Assembly (NCBI GenBank): GCA_036507075.1
Contig: DASXQR010000163.1
Coordinates: 17,699-81,698, forward strand
Direction: 5' to 3'
Source: Acidobacteriota bacterium
Lineage (GTDB): Bacteria > Acidobacteriota > UBA6911 > JACQSX01
Length of the DNA: 64,000 bases
Part shown: in pieces, positions 29,907-40,094 of the stretch
How positions within the stretch are numbered: position 1 is the stretch's first letter
How the letters are laid out: the number at the start of each line of letters is the position of its first letter
Made by a program: the position numbers and the translations under genes
The notes under the pieces: generated by a model
Told to the model about the DNA's origin: nothing
What the model saw: the letters and a program-made list of their open reading frames with translations, nothing else
Databases searched by the model: none

Positions 29907-30250
29907 CGAAAAAATACCTCCGCGATGAAAAAACCTGCCAGGGCGCTGCTTTGATATTAGCAATTATATTTCTTGCGTCGCCAGTTGACTTCCAAATTCT
30001 TTTCGACATTTCGCACCCCCCGGCCCGGTAGAGTCCACGATGTCTGAGCGCAAACGCAGTGAGCGACCCTCCAGGATAAGTCGTGATTGCAGCGCGAACT
30101 ACTGTGTACTGAAGTGGCATTCTGGATAGTCCCTCGCTTCGCTCGGGCTCTTGCGCAAGCCCTGATGTGATTATTTTCCGCGCGGGGAGTAGAATAAAGG
30201 CCGTTTTCTACGACAATTCCACTCTTGGCACAAGATTTTGGAGGTTCGAG

Positions 30251-30652
30251 ATGGCTAAAGTGAAGCGCACTACCTATTTCATGGCCAACCTGCAGGACAA
30301 ACCTGGAGCGCTGCTCAAGGTTCTTCAGGATTTGAACACCAAAAAGATCTCGCTGGACGGTCTGTGGGGATTTGGCACTCATGGGGGACAGGCACAGTTA
30401 TTCGTGGTGGCAAAGAATCCTGAAAAACTTAGAAGCGTATGGAAGACCTCCGGACTGCTGGCCGAGGAAGGCACCGGGTTCTTTGTCGAAGGCACCGACC
30501 GAGCGGGGGCGCTGATCAAAACGCTTGAAAAGATAGCTGCCGCCGGAATCAACATTCATGCCCTCGACGCGGTCGCCGTGAAAGGGCGTTTTGGCTCGTT
30601 CGTCTGGGTGGAAGGGGATGTGGAAAAAGCTGCCAAGGCCCTCGGCGCCTGA
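30251..30652 (+). CDS. Tandem ACT-domain protein
   Basis: DKPGALL and DRAGALI ACT signatures. Confidence 0.8.
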   Translation: MAKVKRTTYFMANLQDKPGALLKVLQDLNTKKISLDGLWGFGTHGGQAQLFVVAKNPEKLRSVWKTSGLLAEEGTGFFVEGTDRAGALIKTLEKIAAAGINIHALDAVAVKGRFGSFVWVEGDVEKAAKALGA

Positions 30653-30668
30653 CCACTTCGTTTTTCGT

Positions 30669-30906
30669 GTCAGTTGTGCGTGGTCAGTTGCCACTGGTCA
30701 GTTGCCACTGGTCAGTTGTCCGTGGTCAGTTGTTTTCTGTTCAGTGTTGTGAGATTGGGACCGGGACGATCCCAGTGTCGAGCCAAAATGCTTGTCCAGT
30801 CAATGCCAAGATCTACCACAACGGACCACGGACAACGGACAACGGACAACTGACAACAGACAACGGACCACGGACACCACGGACCACTGACCACGGACGA
30901 CGGACT
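30669..30906. repeat. Inverted heptamer arrays around a core of about 85 bp
   Basis: (GTCAGTTG..CGTG)n on the left and (CAACGGA/CCACGGA)n on the right. Confidence 0.9.
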
Positions 30907-30943
30907 ACGCGATCGTTTTGCAGAACCAGGCTATACTCTGAGA

Positions 30944-31549
30944 GTGAAACCTCGCGGCCTTCCAGGCTTGATTCTTTTCGTTTCTGCGGGGGTGTTTTGC
31001 TCCGCCCAGACGACTTACAGGATCGCCCCCAGCAGCGTTATTACGATCGAATTATCCAGCAGCGGGCTGTTTAAATTCGCCGGACATAAACACCAGATAG
31101 ACGCGCCCATCAGGCAAGGTTCGATCGGATATTTCCCGAGTAATCTGGAAAAGAGCTCCGTCGATCTGGAAGTGGCTTCAAAAGCGTTGCGGGTAGTGGA
31201 CCCAAAGGCGGATGCCAAAGAAAGAGCGGAAGTGCAGCAGACGATGGAAGGTCCTAAAGTGCTGGACGTGGCGCGGTTTCCCAGAATTTCCTTCAAATCG
31301 CGGGCCGTCCGGCAGTTGGGCGATGGGCGTGTCCAACTCACGGGCGACTTGACCCTGCACGGAATCACGCGTCCTGTCACAGTCGTGGGAAAGTTCACCT
31401 CAAGTGGTTCTCGGCTGCAAGCCACCGGAAGCTGCCGCTTCAAGCAAACTGATTTCGGAATGAAGCCCGTAAAAGTGGGTGGCGGCACCGTCAGTGTGAA
31501 AGACGAGATCCAACTGAATTTTCGGGTCGATGCGGCGTCCGGCCGCTGA
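30944..31549 (+). CDS. YceI-family protein
   Basis: Signal peptide, FPRISFKS, GDLTLHGITRPV, QTDFGM. Confidence 0.9.
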   Translation: MKPRGLPGLILFVSAGVFCSAQTTYRIAPSSVITIELSSSGLFKFAGHKHQIDAPIRQGSIGYFPSNLEKSSVDLEVASKALRVVDPKADAKERAEVQQTMEGPKVLDVARFPRISFKSRAVRQLGDGRVQLTGDLTLHGITRPVTVVGKFTSSGSRLQATGSCRFKQTDFGMKPVKVGGGTVSVKDEIQLNFRVDAASGR

Positions 31550-31607
31550 TAGCAGCCCAACCACGCCGCACAAGGCCACCAAACAGAACACACCGTCGTA
31601 AAACTTT

Positions 31608-34088
31608 ATGAGAAAGGCGTTACTTCCATCAGTCATTCCTTTGCTTTGGCTGATAACAATGCCATTCGCTGCGCCCCTCCGTTTTGATCCTGCTCATCAG
31701 CCTGAAATCGGGTTCGCTCCGCCCGAGGGAAAACCATCGCCGGCCAATTCCGATCCTCTCTATCTTGAACTGAGATCCGCCAGGCTGAGCGGGGACTTTT
31801 CGCACGTCGAGAACCTGGTGCTGCAGCGGGACATAGCGACATTCACGTTCAAAAATGGAACGTTTTATTTCCTCGCTCCAATTACAGAACGGGTCACGGG
31901 CGCTGTATTCATCGGCCAGGGAGAATTCCGCATTGCGCCTGCTTTGCCGTTTGAGCAGAAACAACTCGGTATTCTGGCAGGCTCGCCGTCGCTGCTGGAC
32001 GAGTTCAATAAATTAGTTTTGCGATTTACCGATTTTACTTTCCGCGACATCAAAAAAGATTTCCCCGTGAAGACCGGAACGCCTAATGCCGAAGCTCAGG
32101 ATGCACTGGAAAGCCAGCGCAAACTGCTTCGCAAAGGAAAGACTTTCTCCGAACCAAATGTTGCTGCCGAGTTGCTGCCCTACAACCTGGACGCCCGAAT
32201 CCTGATGGGTCTGACGTGGGGCCGGGCAGGCGGGTTCCTGCATGCCTATTTTGACGGCAAGAAATTTGGCGACATGATTTTCATCCTGGATCCTCTGGGG
32301 GCGCCTTTTGTGCGACCGGAAGAAATCGTGCTGGCCAATGTCACAAACAATGCTCTCGGCATCTGGGTCGCATCGCATCTGCAGAGCCACTACGCGTCGG
32401 GTATTCCTTCACATGAGCAGCCGGCAGCCATAGACGTCCAGCACTACGATATTGATGCCACGGTCGGCGGCAAGAGCCTGGAGGCGAATGCAAAAGTGAA
32501 ATTCAAGTCGTTGGCCAATGGGCCGCGCGTGCTTCCTTTCGATCTTTTCCCAAAACTGCGCGTGCGCAAGGTTACCGATGAAACGGGGCGGGAACTGAGC
32601 TTTATTCAGGAGAAGAAAGATGAGGATGCCGACTTTTTTGTCTTGCTGCCCGAGGGCTTAGTGAAGGACCAGGAACGCACGCTGGCCTTTGAGTATGGCG
32701 GCAACGAAGCCGTCTCGGACAGTGGAGGCGGCAACTACACACTGGATGCCCGCACCAACTGGTATCCGAACACCTACTTCGCGGATCGAGCCACATACGA
32801 ACTTACTTTACGGGCGCCAAAGGATTTAACGATGGTGGCGACCGGCCAACCGGCAGGCGAAAGTCAGGATGGGAAGAACCTTGTCACCCGTTGGAAGAGC
32901 GATCTTCCGCTGGCCGTGGCGGGTTTCAACTATGGAAGGTTCAAGAAATCCTCGTTTCAGGATCCCAAAAACAACTACACCATTGAATCCTACGCTAATA
33001 AAGAGCTTCCCGCGTACTTGAAAGAAATCCAGCGCGCTGCGGAAGGCACCGCGACCACGCTCGGCTCTCTCAACACTGTCAGTTTGATGGACAAAGCCAG
33101 GGCTGAAGCGCAAGTTTCCATTGATCTGTATGCACGACAGTTCGGCCCTTTGCCGTACGGAAGGATCGCGATGACGCAGCAACCCTACTTCGCTTTTGGG
33201 CAGGCGTGGCCGATGCTGGTTTATATGCCGCTGATTTCCTATCTTGACAGCACTTACCTGAACCAGTTGGGGCTGAGAACGGGCGCAACATTTCTGAAGG
33301 TTGTGGGAGCCCATGAAGTGGCGCATCAATGGTGGGGACATCTTATAGGCTGGAAAACCTACCGCGATCAGTGGATGAGCGAAGGATTCGCAGACTTTTC
33401 GGCTTCAATCTTCACCCAGACCGTCTACGGCAACGATCAGTTCCTGAAGTTCTGGAAAGAGGAGCGGGAAAAGATCATGCAGGAGAACCTCAAAGGAAAG
33501 ACTCCGGCTGCCGTGGGGAGCCTGAATATGGGCTACCGCCTGGACACGCCTAAAACGGGCGCAGTGACCAGCTCCGTGATGTATCCGAAAGGCGCGTTTG
33601 TCCTCCACATGCTTCGAATGCTGATGTGGGATCCGAAGACAGGCCACGCTCAATTCACAGCCATGATGAAGGACTTTGTGAGTTCCTTTCAGAATCAAAA
33701 TGTGTCCACTGAGGATTTCCAGAAGGTCGTTGAAAAGCACATCCTGCCGGTGATGGACGTCAATCAGAACGGCACTATGGACTGGTTTTTCAATCAATGG
33801 GTCCGTGACACGCCGATACCCGATTACAAGCTTGCCTACAAATTGGAACCCGGCGAGCAGGGGAAGACCAAGCTCGTCGCCAGCCTCACTCAAAGCAAAG
33901 TGAATGAGAACTTCGTCATGCCGGTGCCGATTTACGTGGATGTGGACGGCAAGATTGTACGTCTGGGAACGGCACTCGCTCGCGGAAACACCACGGTCGG
34001 CCCCCTCGAAGTGCTGCTGCCGAGCAAGCCCCAACGTGTGATGCTCTGCTACTTCGAGGATGTGCTGTGCACCAGCCAGAACCGCTGA
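31608..34088 (+). CDS. Exported M1-family metallo-aminopeptidase
   Basis: HEVAHQWWG, WMSEGFA, YPKGAFVLHMLR. Confidence 0.9.
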   Translation: MRKALLPSVIPLLWLITMPFAAPLRFDPAHQPEIGFAPPEGKPSPANSDPLYLELRSARLSGDFSHVENLVLQRDIATFTFKNGTFYFLAPITERVTGAVFIGQGEFRIAPALPFEQKQLGILAGSPSLLDEFNKLVLRFTDFTFRDIKKDFPVKTGTPNAEAQDALESQRKLLRKGKTFSEPNVAAELLPYNLDARILMGLTWGRAGGFLHAYFDGKKFGDMIFILDPLGAPFVRPEEIVLANVTNNALGIWVASHLQSHYASGIPSHEQPAAIDVQHYDIDATVGGKSLEANAKVKFKSLANGPRVLPFDLFPKLRVRKVTDETGRELSFIQEKKDEDADFFVLLPEGLVKDQERTLAFEYGGNEAVSDSGGGNYTLDARTNWYPNTYFADRATYELTLRAPKDLTMVATGQPAGESQDGKNLVTRWKSDLPLAVAGFNYGRFKKSSFQDPKNNYTIESYANKELPAYLKEIQRAAEGTATTLGSLNTVSLMDKARAEAQVSIDLYARQFGPLPYGRIAMTQQPYFAFGQAWPMLVYMPLISYLDSTYLNQLGLRTGATFLKVVGAHEVAHQWWGHLIGWKTYRDQWMSEGFADFSASIFTQTVYGNDQFLKFWKEEREKIMQENLKGKTPAAVGSLNMGYRLDTPKTGAVTSSVMYPKGAFVLHMLRMLMWDPKTGHAQFTAMMKDFVSSFQNQNVSTEDFQKVVEKHILPVMDVNQNGTMDWFFNQWVRDTPIPDYKLAYKLEPGEQGKTKLVASLTQSKVNENFVMPVPIYVDVDGKIVRLGTALARGNTTVGPLEVLLPSKPQRVMLCYFEDVLCTSQNR

Positions 34089-34208
34089 TGTTGCGCCGGC
34101 CAGAGCGATTCGAAATCTTCACCGCAAACGCTGCAAAGAGCGCTAAGAATACCGTTTTTGGCACTCTTCGCGGTTAAGTTTTCTTGAATAATCCAGGCCT
34201 GGCGCGCC

Positions 34209-35411
34209 TCAATTCACCGGCACGAATTTCACGCAAACGGGAGATGCTACTTCAACGGTTTGTCCCGCCGGCGTGAGCGCTCCGGTTTTTGAATCGATGC
34301 GAAACACCACGACCGAGTCGGAGTTTTGATTGGCAGCCAGCAGCCACCGTCCGGATGGATCGATGTTGAAATTGCGCGGAGTTTTTCCCTGAGTGGATTC
34401 ATGCTCTACGGGTGTGAGCATTCCGCTTTGCGCGTCAATCCTGAAAACGGAGATGCTGTTGTGCCCGCGATTGGATCCATACAGGAATTTTCCAGAAGGA
34501 TGGACTCGAACTTCCGCCGTGCTGTAACCGGCTTCCACCGGCCCAGGCAGGGTCGACACAGTCTGAATCTCGCGCAGTATTCCTTGTGTCGCGTCATAAG
34601 CAAAAGCCGTGACAGTGCAGTGCATTTCGTTGATGCAGTAGCCGTATCGACCGTTCGGATGAAACGTGAAATGCCGCGGGCCGGCGCCGGGTTTAAGCGC
34701 CGCGAAGGGCGGATTGTGGAGCGCGAGCGTGCCTTTCGACGCGTCGAAACGATAGACCAGCAGTTTGTCGAGACCCAGGTCCCCAACCACGGCGAACCGG
34801 TTGGCGGCATCCAGGTTGATCGAATGCGCGTGGGGTTCCTTCTGCCGCTGCTGATTCACGCTCGACCCGGTGTGCTGCACAAAGGCGGTCGCTTGGCCCA
34901 GGGATCCGTCCTTCTGTATCGGCAGGACCGCGACACTGCCTCCTCCGTAGTTGGCCAGCAGCGCGGCCTTTCCGCTGCGGTCCACCGTAACAAAGCAGGG
35001 GCCGGCTCCACGCGACGATTGTTGGTTGATTAGCGCCAGCTTTCCGGTTTTGTGGTCAATGGTAAAGGCCGACAAGACACCACCCGGCTGGTCCTGAAAC
35101 TTTGCAATCTCGCCCACCGCGTAAAGGAAACGGTTTGTCGGGTGGATCGCCAGAAAACTGGGGTTAACCGCCTCGGCGGCAAGTCCCAGACTGGTGAGAA
35201 CACCCGTTTTTGGATCCATGTGGAAGGCATAAATGCCCTTGCTTCTGGCGCCGGTGTAAGTGCCGATGTAAACGAGGTAACCCTTGCCCGGGGAGGAAGC
35301 CGCCGCGACTGGCTGGCGAATCCGAACAGTTCCGACCAGCGTGCAGCAGAAAAGGAGCCCGATCAGAAGCGCGCGTTTGAGGCGATTTGAAGTCTGCACC
35401 TTTTCCCACAT
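34209..35411 (-). CDS. Lactonase, 6-phosphogluconolactonase family (beta-propeller)
   Basis: YIGTYT, NPSFLA, ANYGGG, HAH, GPRHF, SNRGHNS; the ORF-track extension to 35798 runs through repeat DNA. Confidence 0.9.
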   Translation of the reverse strand: MWEKVQTSNRLKRALLIGLLFCCTLVGTVRIRQPVAAASSPGKGYLVYIGTYTGARSKGIYAFHMDPKTGVLTSLGLAAEAVNPSFLAIHPTNRFLYAVGEIAKFQDQPGGVLSAFTIDHKTGKLALINQQSSRGAGPCFVTVDRSGKAALLANYGGGSVAVLPIQKDGSLGQATAFVQHTGSSVNQQRQKEPHAHSINLDAANRFAVVGDLGLDKLLVYRFDASKGTLALHNPPFAALKPGAGPRHFTFHPNGRYGYCINEMHCTVTAFAYDATQGILREIQTVSTLPGPVEAGYSTAEVRVHPSGKFLYGSNRGHNSISVFRIDAQSGMLTPVEHESTQGKTPRNFNIDPSGRWLLAANQNSDSVVVFRIDSKTGALTPAGQTVEVASPVCVKFVPVN

Positions 35412-35541
35412 GCTGGTCGTATCCCGGCGATTCTTTTGTCGCCAGGATGCAATATATCGCGTCTTGGGAGTTTGGGGTACTCTGGGTTTTTTTTGCGGCG
35501 GGTTGCCCCAATCGGAACCGGCCGGAGACAGCGACGTTATA

Positions 35542-35633
35542 TTCACCGCAGAGACGCCGAGAGCGCCAAGGTTCCGCTGAGGTTGTAATGAAACTCTGCG
35601 AAAACTCGGCGTTCTTTGCGGCTCTGCGGTGAA
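35542..35633. repeat. TTCACCGCAGAG palindromic element
   Basis: Closely related to 39843-39963. Confidence 0.85.
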
Positions 35634-35671
35634 TGCAGAGTGCCGGGGCCAAGCAGTCTCGATCGAGGACT

Positions 35672-38600
35672 TTACTTCTTCCCCACGGCCGTCACACTGG
35701 TCGCGATTGCATTGGGCAACAAACTTCCACCCATCCCGACGTCGGTGTTGAAAGTATAACTCTGCGTAAAGCTGTTCCCCGATTGCGCCGGCCAGCATTC
35801 GGAAGCGAGAACGCGCAAGCCGTAATCCAGATGTATCACTACTACGACAGTATTGGTCGCCGGAAATGGAACCGTCAATCGAATCGACTTCGCCCGGGTA
35901 ACATTGCCCGATAACGGCTGCAGATTCCCTGGCTCCGACGGAAAGACGCCCGGTGTGCCCTGACAGTTGAATCCGCTGGTATCAGAGCACAGTGTCAACT
36001 GATAATCGGTCACAGTTGAATTCAGATTCTTCCCTGAATTCTCCGGCGAAGCGTCGTAAACGTGCACCGGCATCGATCCTTTGAGCAAAAATCCCGGCAT
36101 CACGGGCAAGCCGGCGCTGTCGGTGGCCTGCGGCATCTTAATGTTAAAGGTTACCGATGCCGCGGCGGGGTCCAGTCGAGTAGCTTTCAGAACCAGGCGC
36201 TGCGTGCCTGGATTGGTCGACATCAACTTCTGAGCAGGCAATTGGTCGGGCCGCAAATTGGCGCAATTTCCCTTGTTGTACGGGCTGAAAACGGCCTCCA
36301 GCTTGTTTCCGGGAAGCGGATCCGAATCCGGCCCTCCCACATAGCCGTCCAGGACGAACGCCAGTATGTTCAGGCTCGCGTTTGCGCTTTTTGCGCATCC
36401 GGCATTGCCGGTGACGCTAATTCCCACGATGCCATAGGAATCGGGTCCGGTCTGAATGCCAAAGGAAGCGCTGCTGCCTGCGGGCGTGAGAGGAAGCGAA
36501 GCCGGAAATCCGGTCACTTTGGCGTCAGAGGGCACGCCTGAAAGACTGAGAGCGACACTTGAAGGCGCTCCGGCCGATCCCGCCGCCAGTTGCGCCGACA
36601 CTAAATAGGTGGCGGTGGCGCCGCGTACTACGGTCTGAGTGGCCGGCGTCAAAGACAACGCATAGTCGTATACGTTTACACTGAGCTGCGCCGAACTTGA
36701 AAGACACCCGTTGCGCATGACAGTAAGGGCATAAACCGTGGTACCCAGTGACGGGACGTCGGAAATGGATTCCAAAGCTGACAACGGCGTTCCATTCTTC
36801 GACCAACTGAACGTGACCGCCCCACCCGCCGGTGCGTAACTTGCCGACAGGTTAACTCTGCTTCCCTGACAAAGACTTCCCGCAGGCGCCCCCAGGATCG
36901 TGGCGGACGGAACAGGATTGACCATCACAGTGGCGCTGCCCATGCTCGAGGTGCAGCTCTTCGAATCAGATACTGTGACTGAATAATTTGAAGTCGCTGA
37001 AGGTGCATCCGAGATGGACGCGGTCGTCGCAAATGGACTTCCGTTCTTCGTCCAATTGAATGTGAACGGCGCGGTCCCATTTGTGATGCTGGCAGTCAAG
37101 TTCACAGGAGTGCCGGCGCACACAGGCGCCGCCGGAGCTCCAATGATGGACACGGTTGGAGGAGGATTGACTGCCACGGTGACCTGCGCAGAACTGGTAC
37201 AGCCGTTGCTTGTCACCACTACGTTGTATATTCCGGCAGCGGATGCGGCAGCGTTGGGGATTGAAGGATTCTGCAGGCTCGAGCTGAAGCCGTTAGGACC
37301 GGTCCAGGAGTAAGTAGCCCCCGCCACCAACGAGGCGGTAAGCTGCAGCGTCTGACCCGGGCAGATCGGCCCGTTGCTGGCGGCAGTCACCGCGGGCGGC
37401 GTTGTGACGCTCAGAGTTGCCGGCGCGGAGGGAACGCTGCCGCACGCGTTACTCACCAGCACATCGTAAGAACCCGCATCGCCCGCCGCAACCGGATCAA
37501 TCGTGAAGGTGCTTCCCGTGGCGCCGTTGATATTTGATCCGTTCTTGCGCCACTGATAACCCAGCGGAGGCGTGCCGCTTGCCGTCACAGAAAAAGTGAC
37601 TGAATTGCCCGCGCATCTTGTAGCGCTCAGCGGTGGGTTGGAAATCACCGGCGAGGTTGTCACCGTGAATCCCGTGCTGGCGGTAACAGGCGGACATGAA
37701 TTATGAGAGACCGTAGCGACGATGCTGTGCTGGCCTGCGCTCAGGCCGCTCAAGGTTGTCGTCAGGAAGGCTCCCGCTCCCAGGTTCGCGCCATCCAATG
37801 TCCAGACGACTGCAGCGCCGTCTAAATTCGATCCGGTGAGGCCAAGGTTTATCACCTGGGAGGTTCCTTGACAGAAATTCGGCACCGTGCCGGTGATATT
37901 CACGCCACCCGGGCAGCCCGGCTTGCAGGTGCCTCCGCTGCCGGCGTTGAATATGGAAGCAACTTCCGAAGCTGGAAGCGCGCGGCTGAACACTTCCACT
38001 TCATCCAGCAGGCCTTCCAAAGAGTTATCGGAGCGGGGATTAGAAGCGGCCAGGCGGAATCCGTTGTTAAACATCTCGGCGTGGGGCGTGCTGGCGCCGG
38101 ACAGATTGCCGTTGATGTAGAGCCGGACAGTACCATCATACGCGAGCGCGATATGCGACCACGCGTTCAACGGAATGCTTCCCGCCGTGGTGCTTGCTCG
38201 CGGCACGCTGCTCTGCCAATACTCCAAGTGATCGTTGTGCAAATAGAGCGCGCCGAAATTCGCGCTGGAAGAATCGTTTGACACCAGATGCTGAAAGCTG
38301 GCCAGGCGCGTGGGGAACAGCCAGAAGCTCAGAGAAAAGGTTCCCCCCAGGTTAACGGGCGCCACCTCCACGTATTGGGTCCCGTTGAAATTGAAAGCTT
38401 GGCCGACCTTTCCTGCGGCCGCAAAGGTCATGCCGCTCTGAAGGACACCGTTATTTCCCCCGACAAGATCGTTGGCGTGGCCGTCCCCAGGCCACCAGCC
38501 GGCCAGATTCGCGGGCGGCGGGGCGCACTGGGAAACATTCAGTGAGTAGGATCGCTGGCTGGATGCTCCGATAGAGTCGGTAACCCGGACCCCAAACGGG

Positions 38601-39478
38601 AAAGTCCCTGTGCCGAAGGGTGAGCCGTTCAGCATGCCGCCGCTGGTAAGGCCCATCCCCGACGGCAAGACCCCGGAGGCCAGAGTAAACATGTAGGGCG
38701 GGTTTCCGAGCGTGGCGGTGAATGCCTGCGAGTAAGAGCCACCGGAGCCGATTCCTTCCGGAAGCGTCGACGGAGCATTAATAAAAGGAGCGTTCTTACA
38801 TTTCCCGGCGCTGTCGGCCGCGACAGTCGCTTGAATCTCTGAAGGCGAGAGCGCGCGGTTGAAAAGTCCCATTTCATCCAGCAGGCCTGAAAAATAATTG
38901 TCCGAGTGTGGAATAGAAGAACCAAAGCGCATTCCGTTGTTGAACACCTCGACATGAAAACCGCTGCTTTCGCCGCCCAGGATCCCGTTGACGTAAAGCC
39001 GGACGACCATGTTGTCGTACGTCAATGCAACATGCGACCAGGTGTTCAAAGGAATGCTGCCGGCAGGTGTGGAGGCAACAAGGCTGCTGTTTTGCCAATA
39101 TTCCAGATGGGTAACATTTAAATAAAGCGCGCCGAAGTTCATGCTCGAAAAATGATTGGAAGCCAGGTGCTGGTAGCCGGCCATTCGATCCGGAAGGACC
39201 CAGAAATCGATGGAAAAAGTTCGCCCGATGTTCATGGGCGGAACCTCGACTGATTGATTCACGCCGTTTAGACTGAATGCCTGACCCACTTTGCCGGCCG
39301 CAAATGTCGCGCCGTTCTGCAGGGCGCCGTGGGCGCCGCCGATCAGGTCATTCGCATTGCCGTCACCCGGCCACCAATTCACCAAGCCGGGGGGCGGGGT
39401 GACGCACTGTCCAAATGCAGATGCAGGGAGAATCAGAAGAACTGTCGCAAGAAGAGTTGTTCTGGCTGTCGCTTTCAT
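35672..39478 (-). CDS. Large secreted protein: two LamG domains, a putative Ig (He_PIG-like) domain, several Ig-like repeats
   Basis: Signal peptide; duplicated WWPGDGxANDL...WSHxALxYD units; YQWRKNG and YSWTGPNGF Ig repeats. Confidence 0.9.
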   Translation of the reverse strand: MKATARTTLLATVLLILPASAFGQCVTPPPGLVNWWPGDGNANDLIGGAHGALQNGATFAAGKVGQAFSLNGVNQSVEVPPMNIGRTFSIDFWVLPDRMAGYQHLASNHFSSMNFGALYLNVTHLEYWQNSSLVASTPAGSIPLNTWSHVALTYDNMVVRLYVNGILGGESSGFHVEVFNNGMRFGSSIPHSDNYFSGLLDEMGLFNRALSPSEIQATVAADSAGKCKNAPFINAPSTLPEGIGSGGSYSQAFTATLGNPPYMFTLASGVLPSGMGLTSGGMLNGSPFGTGTFPFGVRVTDSIGASSQRSYSLNVSQCAPPPANLAGWWPGDGHANDLVGGNNGVLQSGMTFAAAGKVGQAFNFNGTQYVEVAPVNLGGTFSLSFWLFPTRLASFQHLVSNDSSSANFGALYLHNDHLEYWQSSVPRASTTAGSIPLNAWSHIALAYDGTVRLYINGNLSGASTPHAEMFNNGFRLAASNPRSDNSLEGLLDEVEVFSRALPASEVASIFNAGSGGTCKPGCPGGVNITGTVPNFCQGTSQVINLGLTGSNLDGAAVVWTLDGANLGAGAFLTTTLSGLSAGQHSIVATVSHNSCPPVTASTGFTVTTSPVISNPPLSATRCAGNSVTFSVTASGTPPLGYQWRKNGSNINGATGSTFTIDPVAAGDAGSYDVLVSNACGSVPSAPATLSVTTPPAVTAASNGPICPGQTLQLTASLVAGATYSWTGPNGFSSSLQNPSIPNAAASAAGIYNVVVTSNGCTSSAQVTVAVNPPPTVSIIGAPAAPVCAGTPVNLTASITNGTAPFTFNWTKNGSPFATTASISDAPSATSNYSVTVSDSKSCTSSMGSATVMVNPVPSATILGAPAGSLCQGSRVNLSASYAPAGGAVTFSWSKNGTPLSALESISDVPSLGTTVYALTVMRNGCLSSSAQLSVNVYDYALSLTPATQTVVRGATATYLVSAQLAAGSAGAPSSVALSLSGVPSDAKVTGFPASLPLTPAGSSASFGIQTGPDSYGIVGISVTGNAGCAKSANASLNILAFVLDGYVGGPDSDPLPGNKLEAVFSPYNKGNCANLRPDQLPAQKLMSTNPGTQRLVLKATRLDPAAASVTFNIKMPQATDSAGLPVMPGFLLKGSMPVHVYDASPENSGKNLNSTVTDYQLTLCSDTSGFNCQGTPGVFPSEPGNLQPLSGNVTRAKSIRLTVPFPATNTVVVVIHLDYGLRVLASECWPAQSGNSFTQSYTFNTDVGMGGSLLPNAIATSVTAVGKK

Positions 39479-39842
39479 AACGATCTACCGCCTTTCGCAC
39501 GGAGCGCATCTGCCGGTCCGGACCGTCAAAGTCGGGTCAAAGGCTATGAATGTGGACCGGTTATTCACTCATCGGAAGGGAGCGGGGCCTGCCCCGAAGC
39601 CACCCGACTTAGTACCCGTATGAGTGCAGTCGTTATGAATCCTGGTTTGATGCTTTTAGAAATTGATCAATTGATCAGCCTTCAGACGGTTTTTGGGAAG
39701 GTTCATAAATTGTCTCGCCGGTAAGCAACGGCTTCAAGTGATAGGAATCACCCGTGATTCAGCGCACATTTCAGGCGAGCACGAATTCACGAATTTTCAC
39801 GAATTTTCACGAAGTTATCGCGAATCGTTCAAAGCCGGCAGA

Positions 39843-39963
39843 GACGGACGCGTTGCATTCACCGCAGAGCCGCCGAGAACGCCAAGTTACGCTGAGGTTG
39901 TGCGAAGCTCTGCGGAAACTTGGCGATCTTTGCGGCTCTGCGGTGAACGCAACGCGTCTGCCT
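39843..39963. repeat. TTCACCGCAGAG palindromic element with extended arms
   Basis: gacgcgttgcattcaccgcagagccgc...gcggctctgcggtgaacgcaacgcgtc; preceded by (CACGAATTTT)n at 39780-39812. Confidence 0.88.
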
Positions 39964-40094
39964 CCGCCCGACTTTGATTTGGGCAAGACCCCCTGAAAAG
40001 TCCGGTTTATTTTTTTCATCCCTCTGGCCCCTTACGTTCATCAGTTCCGGTATAGTGCCCCTGGTCTCAAAAAGACTTCCGGGATTCCACAACC

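Noticed and set aside
30667..31074. ORFs with TTDNGQ/SVVRGQ repeats, and similar ORFs at 48761-49297 and 62505-62690
   Set aside because: Translations of short tandem DNA arrays, not credible proteins
34186..34208. Resemblance to the tRNA-Arg 3' end (possible att site)
   Set aside because: Short, gapped match, and on the wrong side of the tRNA relative to the integrase
39970..40094. Purine or xanthine riboswitch upstream of the permease
   Set aside because: No recognisable aptamer consensus; an Rfam scan would be needed to exclude it fully
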